Source: a virus
Strand: one strand, 5' to 3'
Virus record (IMG/VR): IMGVR_UViG_3300042469_000981
DNA: 64,000 nt
Below the pieces are notes generated by a model that was not told the DNA's origin, did no database searches, and worked only from the letters and a program-made list of their open reading frames with translations. Position numbers and translations under genes: made by a program. Shown piece after piece: positions 9,493 to 17,800 of the stretch; the stretch's first letter is position 1; the number at the start of each line of letters is the position of its first letter.

Positions 9493-10926
9493 TTAATATA
9501 ATAATTTATGATTAATAATTCTATCTTTAGCTTCAGTAGCATTAATAAGTTCAAATCTTTCTCTTGGTTGCCAAGTAGAAAATAACTCATCAAATGCTTC
9601 AATTACTCTTTTACCTTGAGTTTCTCCAGTAAATCCAGCTTCATTTATAGCCCATTCTCTACCTTTTAAACCTTGAACTTTACGTTCTTCAGGAGTTAAT
9701 TTATACACATTCATGATTTGTTCAGCAGCGTCTTCAGGACGGCAAGTGTCATCCCAAATGTAAGGAGTTGGAGGTGAACCTACAAGTGTACGTGATGAAG
9801 GAAATACTGGATAGGCCCATTCTTTATGTTTTTTATAAGTACCTTTATGATTTGAAGGAATTTCTGGTGAAGGTGTAAACCATTCTCCATTTTCATCTTC
9901 AAATCCCATTTGATCTTGCATACCCCCAGTCACGTTTGCAATGATTGGGTTACCTGATAGAATTGCTTCTGTTAAACTTAATCCCCATCCTTCATTAGAT
10001 GTTAATAAAATTTGACAATCTGTACTATTATATAACATATTCATATGGGTTGGATCAAATCTAGCATCAGTAAAAATGACATTATATTGATCTCCATTCA
10101 ATATCAACTCAATAACAGCTTCTAAATCAGTACCATGATCACTTATTCGTTCAGTATGAAGTACCAACACACATTTTTTAGCTTGTTCAATAGGCAACTG
10201 ATCAATAAAATACCTATAAGCTAACATTGTATCTGGAATTTGTTTGCGACGAATGTTTCTTGAATTAAAGAATAAAGCAAAATCATATTCTTTACCTTTA
10301 AATAAATTTTTCTTAAATTCTACTAATTTAGAATCCTTTTTATCTAATGGTTTAAAGACTTCATGATTCAGTCCATGAGGAACATATTTAATAATTTTTT
10401 TATCTGCTTTATCACCTAAAACAAGCTTATTAATATTTACTGTTTGTTTTGAAATACCCATCAGCAAATCACAAGCTTCATAATACGGTAAGTTATATAA
10501 TGGTGCTGGGTAGTCATCCCAAATGTTTAGGTAAGTAATTGGAATTGACTTACGAATTTCATTTTCCATAGCAAACAACCAAACAAAGTAACGAGGATCA
10601 GTAATCAACATAATAGCATCTGGCTGTTCAATTTTAATCAATTGTCTTAAAATGTCTGAATTGCCATATTCATTTACAGGATACATTACTACGGATGAAT
10701 CAGTTAGTCCGGTAATGTCATTTGTTGATTGAGATAGATCTAAACGTTGACCTGCTTCTGGATGTGTAATGGCACCTCCTAAATTAACCCAATTAAAATG
10801 TTGAGCAGTGTGGATTACAATTTCTTTGGCTACTGTTGCTACACCAGAAGTAACTCTAATGTCATCACAGATAAGCATAATTTTCTTCCTCTTATCAGGA
10901 GGTAAGTAAGCAAAACTTGAATTCAT
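9493..10926 (-). CDS. glycosyltransferase family 4 (GT-B fold)
   Basis: VTSGVATV, YVPHGLN, RNIRRKQIPD, SNEGWGLSLTEA, PIIANVTGGMQDQ. Confidence 0.88.
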   Translation of the reverse strand: MNSSFAYLPPDKRKKIMLICDDIRVTSGVATVAKEIVIHTAQHFNWVNLGGAITHPEAGQRLDLSQSTNDITGLTDSSVVMYPVNEYGNSDILRQLIKIEQPDAIMLITDPRYFVWLFAMENEIRKSIPITYLNIWDDYPAPLYNLPYYEACDLLMGISKQTVNINKLVLGDKADKKIIKYVPHGLNHEVFKPLDKKDSKLVEFKKNLFKGKEYDFALFFNSRNIRRKQIPDTMLAYRYFIDQLPIEQAKKCVLVLHTERISDHGTDLEAVIELILNGDQYNVIFTDARFDPTHMNMLYNSTDCQILLTSNEGWGLSLTEAILSGNPIIANVTGGMQDQMGFEDENGEWFTPSPEIPSNHKGTYKKHKEWAYPVFPSSRTLVGSPPTPYIWDDTCRPEDAAEQIMNVYKLTPEERKVQGLKGREWAINEAGFTGETQGKRVIEAFDELFSTWQPRERFELINATEAKDRIINHKLLY

Positions 10927-10933
10927 GTATTTT

Positions 10934-11128
10934 TTAGTTTTTAATTTCTAGGTTGTTGTGTGAATGAACTTTTTTTCTAAAATCTTCATCTGTAAGATAC
11001 AAATGAATAGTGCGGTCAGCAAGTTTTTGTAAAGAAAATTTGTACTTAACACATGCAATCTTGAAATCCTCAAATAACTCACTCTGTACTTTCACAGAGG
11101 TTAATGTCATATCCTTTTTATTTGTCAT
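10934..11128 (-). CDS. small putative ribbon-helix-helix DNA-binding protein
   Basis: Beta-strand LTSVKV followed by two predicted helices (SELFEDFKIAC, LQKLADRTIHLYL). Confidence 0.5.
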   Translation of the reverse strand: MTNKKDMTLTSVKVQSELFEDFKIACVKYKFSLQKLADRTIHLYLTDEDFRKKVHSHNNLEIKN

Positions 11129-11171
11129 AGCTTTTATTTAATTTTTATATATATAAATATATGAAGATTTT

Positions 11172-12125
11172 TTAAGATATACTAGCGGTACAAAGTTCTT
11201 TTTTATTTTTAAAAGGACAATACATGCAGTTCCATTTTGATGGGTTTGGTTCAAATACTTTATCTTTATATGAACCATCATGGTTAAATACTTCTTCTAT
11301 AAATGAATTAATAGTGTTAGTTGCTTTACCCATTTTAATTTTACCACTAGCAGGAGTGTATTCTTGAATCCTAGATATTGGAAATGGTGATTCTTCCCAT
11401 ATTTTTCTTTTAACAATAAAAAATTCTATTTCAATATTGTCTTCAGGTACTCCAAATTGTTTACTATAAAACTTTTTATAAAGGACTAATTGGAGTTGTT
11501 TAGTTTCATCTTTTTTAGTTTTATCATCCCAACCGCTTCTAGATGTTTTAATATCTATAATTTTAAAAGTATTAGTTGGTTCATGATACAAAACAACATC
11601 CAAGTAGCCTTTATATAAGATAGTTCTAAATTCAGAATGAGGATTAAGTAATAGAGGTACTTCACAGCCCACTAAAAACCATCCTTGTTTACCAAAATAC
11701 CCACTTCGTTTTTTCTTTACAAAATTTAAAATAGCTAAACCATCTTCATAAAACTCTCTCATTTCAACAGGATCACTAAAATGAACATTTTTATTAGATT
11801 TATAATCTTTTAAATATGTTTCTCTAAAGCGTTCCTCAAAATATTCTTCTAAATTAATTCGGTCCGCTTCAGCACCACTAATATTGTATATAGTTGTTAT
11901 ATAGTGTTGTATAACCTCATGTAGTGCAGTTCCGAATGTCATATGAATAGACTGTTCAGATGTATAATAACCGTCTCTATATTGTAAAGACCATTTACGA
12001 GGACAAGACAAAAACATAGACATTTGACTATAGGAAATTGCTTTTTCAGTAGCATAATTAATTTCCTTTAGAGTATGTTGTTTGATTTGTTTTACAATTG
12101 CAGGTATTTTTTTCTTTTTACTCAA
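11172..12125 (-). CDS. PD-(D/E)XK nuclease, AddB/Cas4-like
   Basis: SYSQMSMFLSCPRKW, FGTALHEV, KGYLDVV, IIDIKT; C-terminal CMYCPF...C. Confidence 0.85.
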   Translation of the reverse strand: MSKKKKIPAIVKQIKQHTLKEINYATEKAISYSQMSMFLSCPRKWSLQYRDGYYTSEQSIHMTFGTALHEVIQHYITTIYNISGAEADRINLEEYFEERFRETYLKDYKSNKNVHFSDPVEMREFYEDGLAILNFVKKKRSGYFGKQGWFLVGCEVPLLLNPHSEFRTILYKGYLDVVLYHEPTNTFKIIDIKTSRSGWDDKTKKDETKQLQLVLYKKFYSKQFGVPEDNIEIEFFIVKRKIWEESPFPISRIQEYTPASGKIKMGKATNTINSFIEEVFNHDGSYKDKVFEPNPSKWNCMYCPFKNKKELCTASIS

Positions 12126-12128
12126 AAC

Positions 12129-12383
12129 TTATTTTTTACCTTTAAGCATCTGGATTGTTTTCTCTAGATATAGAGCTAAATCCATTGCTTCTTCTTTAGC
12201 ATGTTGTAGATAGTCTAATACAGATAAATCTGTTCTATCTAAAGTATTGTTATACTTGTTTTTACCCATCTCAGCCCTTTTAATATGCTCATCAATAACT
12301 GAGTCTACAATTGAGTCTGTTTCAATTATGGTTCTTGTTTTTGGATGTTCTCCTCTAAAACCTAAATCACTGTTTTTTGTCAT
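12129..12383 (-). CDS. putative all-alpha NTP pyrophosphohydrolase (MazG-like)
   Basis: GKNKYNNTLDR...LQHAKEEAMDLALYLEK carries an EExxD motif typical of MazG-like folds. Confidence 0.5.
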   Translation of the reverse strand: MTKNSDLGFRGEHPKTRTIIETDSIVDSVIDEHIKRAEMGKNKYNNTLDRTDLSVLDYLQHAKEEAMDLALYLEKTIQMLKGKK

Positions 12384-12799
12384 TGGATTTCTTTTAATAA
12401 CTTTTTAATTTCTTTTTCATCAATTCCTGATTTTTCAAGAATGTATTCTACTCCTTCTTTTTTAAGAATGTATAAATAATCCTCAGCCTCACCTAATGAT
12501 ATAGTGTAAAAATTAGCTACATGTTGTAGTAGTGAGTTGCTAGGCTTCTTTTTTGAAGTTTTGATGTATTTGAGGAAGACATTCTTTTTAGGTAACATAG
12601 AACAATAGTATTTATAAGTTTTTTCTTTATCAGGGTAGGGTATTCTTTGGCCAAAATTTGCAACCTCAGTGTATCCTTCATACATACTTACAAATCTATG
12701 AACCATATAAGAGTTAAATGACTCTTGCTGGTCTTCCGTAAAAGAAGACCAGGACGTTTTATTAGTGGTGATTTCTTTTAACCAATCAAATATCGTCAC
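12380..12799 (-). CDS. clamp loader small subunit (T4 gp62-like)
   Basis: FDWLKEIT, FNSYMVHRFVSM, LPKKNVFLKYIK pattern; near the clamp loader ATPase. Confidence 0.7.
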   Translation of the reverse strand: MTIFDWLKEITTNKTSWSSFTEDQQESFNSYMVHRFVSMYEGYTEVANFGQRIPYPDKEKTYKYYCSMLPKKNVFLKYIKTSKKKPSNSLLQHVANFYTISLGEAEDYLYILKKEGVEYILEKSGIDEKEIKKLLKEIQ

Positions 12800-13028
12800 C
12801 GCCGTATTCTTTTCTTAATTCCTTAGGCAATGCTTCAAGTAAAATTTCTCCACTTTCTACATCATAAAATACAGGAATAGGAATAAGAGCATCTTCATCA
12901 GCGCCTACTACAAAACGAGATACTTTTCGAAGGATAACTCCTTGACTCCAAATTTTACCACCTGATGGTGTTTCCATTGATGTTGTCTTAGACAAATCAA
13001 AATTAAGGTTCATTTGATTATTTTTCAT
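12786..13028 (-). CDS. hypothetical protein
   Basis: Intact ORF in operon context. Confidence 0.65.
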   Translation of the reverse strand: MKNNQMNLNFDLSKTTSMETPSGGKIWSQGVILRKVSRFVVGADEDALIPIPVFYDVESGEILLEALPKELRKEYGGDDI

Positions 13029-13215
13029 TTTCTTTATGTTTTTTCCATTCTAAATAAAATCCTACAGCAACTAAGGTATTCATTCCAAATGATGCTATAA
13101 TTTCTTTAATATCATCATACACATTCATAGTTAGGTGAACATGACCTACCATCCAAAAAGGAACAGATAAGTTACTTGCTACCCAAAGTATAAAAAAGTG
13201 GATGAATTTTTTCAT
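13018..13215 (-). CDS. small membrane protein
   Basis: Two hydrophobic segments. Confidence 0.6.
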   Translation of the reverse strand: MKKFIHFFILWVASNLSVPFWMVGHVHLTMNVYDDIKEIIASFGMNTLVAVGFYLEWKKHKENEK

Positions 13216-14147
13216 ATTACTCTTTTACTTAAAATTAATGATAAAATTCTAGATATCAAAGCCATAATGTTTATTTCTTTATCAATTCTAAAATTAGCAT
13301 GGTATTGATATTCTTCAATATGAATAATAACTTCACCCATACTTGTAGGAGCATATTTATCTACATTATCAAATAAAAATCTAAATAATTCTTCAAAATC
13401 ATTAACACTAGAATCAGCTATAATCTGTCTAATGTTATTAAATGACTTTGTTGTTGGTTTGCATAATTCCATGAGTACTTGATTTTTGTAGTTACTAGAC
13501 ACTAATATATTTTTATCAATGACTACCTCATCACCTGTTACACCCATTTGAAGTGTATTAAGCATTTTACGTAGATCAGGATAAAATTGATTAATAACTA
13601 GTTTTAAGTCCTCAGCTCCCATCCCAACATTCTCTTTTTTAAGAATGTCTATAATATGATAAGCAATATCTTGTTTTGATGGAGGTACAATTTTAAGTAC
13701 CTGGCAGCGTGATTGAAGAGGATCAATAATACGCTCAACATAATTACAAGTTAAGATAAATCTTGTAGTACGGGCAAATGTTTCAATAATGTTTCTTAAT
13801 GATGCTTGTGCTTGGATTGTAAGAAAATCTGCTTCATCCAAGATAACAACTTTAAGAGGTTTAAACGAGGCCACAGATGAGAAGCCCTGGACCTTATCCC
13901 TAATAGTATCAATACCACGCTCATCGGAAGCGTTAATATAGAGATAATCGCAATTGAGATTATTAACAATAAGTTTAGCAAGAGTAGTTTTACCGGTACC
14001 AGCAGGGCCGTAGAAAATAAAATTTTGAATATCATTCTGTTCTAGATACTTTGAAATAGTACCTTTAATTTGTTCATTTCCTACATATGTAGAAAGATTT
14101 TGAGAACGATATTTCTCAACCCAAAGTGTATGTTGCTTAGAACTCAT
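13212..14147 (-). CDS. clamp loader AAA+ subunit (RFC small / T4 gp44-like)
   Basis: LWVEKYR, GPAGTGKTT, INASDERGID, VILDEAD, LQSRC; likely start MSSKQ at 14147. Confidence 0.95.
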   Translation of the reverse strand: MSSKQHTLWVEKYRSQNLSTYVGNEQIKGTISKYLEQNDIQNFIFYGPAGTGKTTLAKLIVNNLNCDYLYINASDERGIDTIRDKVQGFSSVASFKPLKVVILDEADFLTIQAQASLRNIIETFARTTRFILTCNYVERIIDPLQSRCQVLKIVPPSKQDIAYHIIDILKKENVGMGAEDLKLVINQFYPDLRKMLNTLQMGVTGDEVVIDKNILVSSNYKNQVLMELCKPTTKSFNNIRQIIADSSVNDFEELFRFLFDNVDKYAPTSMGEVIIHIEEYQYHANFRIDKEINIMALISRILSLILSKRVI

Positions 14148-14403
14148 AGTCTCCGTATATTGAATATTTTTTAGGTTCTGGTTCTTTAATTTCAACCTCA
14201 TCACTTACAATAGCATATAATTTTCCTGCTGTTAGATCTAATCTAAATGCTTTAGGTTTAACTACAGCTACTTGATACCAAGCCTCTAGAGCATCTGTAA
14301 TAGACTTTTGAACCTCATTAACATTACTCATCTTCCAATTGTCACCTGGAGGGACACGAGAACCAATCTCGATTAGTTTTTCTTGTATTTCTATTTTGCT
14401 CAT
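14137..14403 (-). CDS. hypothetical protein
   Basis: Intact ORF in operon context. Confidence 0.65.
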   Translation of the reverse strand: MSKIEIQEKLIEIGSRVPPGDNWKMSNVNEVQKSITDALEAWYQVAVVKPKAFRLDLTAGKLYAIVSDEVEIKEPEPKKYSIYGDYEF

Positions 14404-14588
14404 AACTTAATTTGATCTTGAAAATATGGAATTAAACTCTCAATAGGATAATTTATGTAGGTATGGTTTGCTGTTGCCATACCCACATAAATCCTATCAG
14501 TACCTGGAATAAAATATAATGTTTTGATAGTTAATAATTGACCATCAATAGTAATAAGTTTTCCAATTAATGATACTGCATCTTGCAT
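14400..14588 (-). CDS. hypothetical protein
   Basis: ORF with ATGA overlap to the next gene. Confidence 0.6.
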   Translation of the reverse strand: MQDAVSLIGKLITIDGQLLTIKTLYFIPGTDRIYVGMATANHTYINYPIESLIPYFQDQIKL

Positions 14589-14598
14589 AATTGTTAAT

Positions 14599-16212
14599 TT
14601 ACATCATTCCCATCATGTTGCCAAACCCTTCATCACCTTTCTTTTCTTCTGGTTTGTCAACAATAACAGCTTCTGTTAATAAGATAGTACCAGCCACTGA
14701 AGCAGCGTTTTCGAGTGCTGTACGAGTTACTTTAGCTGGATCAATTACTCCAATTTCTCTCATGTCATGAAAATCTTCATCAAACAAATTGAATCCGTAC
14801 CAATAATCACCTCCTGTTGCTCCTGATAATGCGTTGTAAATGTCTTCTAATTCATAACCAGCATTAGATAAAATTTTCTTAAATGGTTCAGCACAAACAT
14901 TATAAACAATTCTACCACCAATACTATTAAGATCACTAATACCATTTCGAGCATGTAACAAAGCCATTCCACCACCAGGTACAATACCTTCTTCTAAAGC
15001 AGCTTTAGTTGCTTGAAGAGCATCATCTACTCGATCTTTCTTTTCTTTCATTTCCGCTTCAGTAAACCCACCAACATGAACAACTGCTACACCACCAATA
15101 AACTTAGCCAAACGTTCTTGCAACTTTTCTTTTTCATATGGTGAAATTGCTTTTTCAATTTGATTGTGAAGTTCTTCAATACGGTCTGTGATTTTGTCTG
15201 ACTCACCTTTACCATCTACAATAGTAGTTTCATCTTTACCTACAGTCACAACACGAGCTTGACCAAACCAATCCCAACTAAACTTATCCAACTTCATACC
15301 TTTTTCAGTACTGAATACTTGTCCACCAGTCAAGATAGCAATGTCTTCAAGAATTAGTTTACGACGGTCTCCAAAATCAGGAGCCTTAACAGCTACAACT
15401 TTCAAAATACCTCTTGCTTTGTTTACAATCAAAGTAGCAAGCGCTTCACCATCTACATCTTCAGCAATAATAACTAAAGGTTTATTTTGGTTAGATACAG
15501 CTTCTAAAATAGGCAACAACTCTTTTACTTGAGTAAATTTCTTGTCTGCGATCAAAATCAAAGCATCTTGTAAAGTAGTAGTCATTGAATTGTTATCAGT
15601 TACAAAGTAAGGTGATTTGTAACCTCTATCAAACTGCATACCTTCTACTGTTTCAAGATATGTTTCACCGTTTTTAGATTCTTCAATGAATACAACACCT
15701 TCACGACCTACTTTTTGCATCGCTGTAGCAATTAATTCACCTACTTCTGGATCGTTGTTTGCTGAAATTGTAGCGATTTGTTTAAGTTGTTCCTCATTTG
15801 AAATATCTTCTTTAATTTCATGACGGAGATGTTCAATTACTTCTTTTACTGCTTTATCAATACTACGTTTAATCTCAACAGCATTTTCACCATGGTTAAG
15901 ATATTTAAGACCTTGTTTAGCCATTTCACGAGCCAACAAAGTAGATGTTGTAGTACCATCACCAGCATTATCAGCAGTTTTAATAGCTGCTTGTTTAACT
16001 AATTGTACTCCCAATTCTTCAATTGGATCTTCTAATGTGATTGATTTAGCTACTGTGACACCATCTTTAGTGCTTTGAGGAATACCTCCATTAGCAATAA
16101 CTACGTTACGTCCATTAGGACCTAAAGTGGCTGTAACAGCATCAGCTAGTTTATCAATACCACTAATCATTTTTTCCCTTGCTTCGGGACCGAATTCTAT
16201 AACTTTGCTCAT
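14599..16212 (-). CDS. groL: chaperonin GroEL
   Basis: [49 protein letters not shown]; Gly/Met-rich tail. Confidence 0.98.
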   Translation of the reverse strand: MSKVIEFGPEAREKMISGIDKLADAVTATLGPNGRNVVIANGGIPQSTKDGVTVAKSITLEDPIEELGVQLVKQAAIKTADNAGDGTTTSTLLAREMAKQGLKYLNHGENAVEIKRSIDKAVKEVIEHLRHEIKEDISNEEQLKQIATISANNDPEVGELIATAMQKVGREGVVFIEESKNGETYLETVEGMQFDRGYKSPYFVTDNNSMTTTLQDALILIADKKFTQVKELLPILEAVSNQNKPLVIIAEDVDGEALATLIVNKARGILKVVAVKAPDFGDRRKLILEDIAILTGGQVFSTEKGMKLDKFSWDWFGQARVVTVGKDETTIVDGKGESDKITDRIEELHNQIEKAISPYEKEKLQERLAKFIGGVAVVHVGGFTEAEMKEKKDRVDDALQATKAALEEGIVPGGGMALLHARNGISDLNSIGGRIVYNVCAEPFKKILSNAGYELEDIYNALSGATGGDYWYGFNLFDEDFHDMREIGVIDPAKVTRTALENAASVAGTILLTEAVIVDKPEEKKGDEGFGNMMGMM

Positions 16213-16213
16213 A

Positions 16214-16504
16214 TTAATCTTTATTTACTTTAGCTAAAACTTGATTTTCAGGACCCAGCCAATATTCTTGACCTTCATATTCCATTTTACTAAAACCCAT
16301 TGTAGGCAATACAACTGTATCTCCTACACTCAGCATAGTAGGAATAAAAGTTCCTGTAGCTGAATAGTAACCTTTTCCAACTGCTACTACTTCTCCTAGT
16401 TTGTTTTTCTCATTCCCCAAGTCAGGGACAATAATGCCTCCATATGACGTCTCTTCAGACTCAACAGGCTTAACGATAACTGAATTATAAATTGCTTCTA
16501 ACAT
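16214..16504 (-). CDS. groS: co-chaperonin GroES
   Basis: VIVKP, TSYGGIIVPD mobile loop, GEVVAVGKG, VGDTVV; directly upstream of groL. Confidence 0.95.
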   Translation of the reverse strand: MLEAIYNSVIVKPVESEETSYGGIIVPDLGNEKNKLGEVVAVGKGYYSATGTFIPTMLSVGDTVVLPTMGFSKMEYEGQEYWLGPENQVLAKVNKD

Positions 16505-16505
16505 A

Positions 16506-16799
16506 TCAAAAATTAAACTTTTGTGTAAATGAATTAATTACATCACTATATTCACCAATGTACTCTTGTAATGAGTCATATGATTTACTATTTACTTTAT
16601 CCTTAGCGATTGATCTTAAAGCGCTTCCTAAATTACTATAATGACCTACAATTTTATTATAGTCTTTACCTGAATCACTATATCTAGTGTCTGGTGTGAC
16701 TTTAATATTAACAGTCATACAGTTGTCATCCATAGAAATGAAATAAGGTTCCATAACAGGATCATTAATAAAACGGGTATATTCTTTTTCAGTACTCAT
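16506..16799 (-). CDS. hypothetical protein
   Basis: Intact ORF behind a promoter motif. Confidence 0.7.
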   Translation of the reverse strand: MSTEKEYTRFINDPVMEPYFISMDDNCMTVNIKVTPDTRYSDSGKDYNKIVGHYSNLGSALRSIAKDKVNSKSYDSLQEYIGEYSDVINSFTQKFNF

Positions 16800-16803
16800 A
16801 ACA

Positions 16804-16835
16804 TTAATATAACATTCTTTTTTTATTGTTCCAAA
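16804..16835 (-). promoter_or_regulatory. early/middle-type promoter motif
   Basis: TTTGGA-N18-TATATTAA upstream of the hypothetical-groS-groL genes. Confidence 0.65.
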
Positions 16836-17056
16836 CTTTCTTCAATAAGTGGTTGTTCATCTTCAATCACTTCAGCCTCTTCTATTAAACGAACAAACCA
16901 AAACATTCCATCTTTTCTAAATACATTAGTTGTATTTGTATAACCTTTAAATAAATTTGTATCAATTCCTGTGTGTTCAGGAATTACTCTAATGATGTGA
17001 TACAAGTCATCTTTGATAGTAATTAATGGTATACCCATATTATAGTTCTTTAGCAA
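16823..17056 (-). CDS. hypothetical protein
   Basis: Intact ORF in operon context. Confidence 0.6.
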   Translation of the reverse strand: MLKNYNMGIPLITIKDDLYHIIRVIPEHTGIDTNLFKGYTNTTNVFRKDGMFWFVRLIEEAEVIEDEQPLIEESLEQ

Positions 17057-17780
17057 TTACATAATACTCACTTTTGATACTTCCATTGTCAAATGCTAGT
17101 CTCATAATTCCATCTAAATTAATTTCCATAGTACAATTAGCAACATCTTTATTACAGTACATGATTTCTTTAATTAAATTAGAATTATAATGAGCTTTAA
17201 ATTCATTAGGTAAATTATTAGTAGTAATATCTGGTAAGTAAAAAGATACCTTATTTGAGTATTCAATGTTACCTCCAAACATCATTTCCAATTGTAAATC
17301 ACCATCAGCGTTTATAAACGGCTTAAATACAACTGTATCAGTGTCTGCGAGTGCTGATTTTGCTTTGATTATAGCGTTTATACTTTCATTATCTAACGTG
17401 GCTTCAATATTGTATACACCATCACCAACATACTCTCCAGCCTTAGGAATAATCATATTATCAGCTAAAGCATAATTAAGAGTAAATTGATTATCAGCTA
17501 CAATAAGTTTAGTAATTAACTTATGTTGTCTTATATAACTTAAATCTAAATAACCATTTGTAATAGATAATAATTTAAGTAATTGAGATGTATTACTGAT
17601 TGAAATTGTTGCATCTTCTAATTCAAAATCATCACATGTTACTGTTCCGATCATTGAATTGTCAGGGGAATTGAATTTAATAATTAATTTACTATCTTGA
17701 ATGTCCCACTTAACTTTTTCATTCATTCCATTCAAGTAATACTTGGAAATAATTGAAACTAAATCTAATTTATTAATCAT
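17040..17780 (-). CDS. DNA polymerase sliding clamp (gp45/PCNA-like)
   Basis: Size about 250 aa, alternating beta/alpha pattern, directly downstream of PolB and near the clamp loader. Confidence 0.7.
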   Translation of the reverse strand: MINKLDLVSIISKYYLNGMNEKVKWDIQDSKLIIKFNSPDNSMIGTVTCDDFELEDATISISNTSQLLKLLSITNGYLDLSYIRQHKLITKLIVADNQFTLNYALADNMIIPKAGEYVGDGVYNIEATLDNESINAIIKAKSALADTDTVVFKPFINADGDLQLEMMFGGNIEYSNKVSFYLPDITTNNLPNEFKAHYNSNLIKEIMYCNKDVANCTMEINLDGIMRLAFDNGSIKSEYYVIAKEL

Positions 17781-17800
17781 AACTTATTTATTATATATAT

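Noticed and set aside
4208-14204. Long N-terminal extensions of track ORFs 4208-4897, 8181-9602 and 13212-14204
   Set aside because: They overlap upstream genes by 30-110 nt; downstream ATGs (4864, 9488, 14147) give normal domain starts
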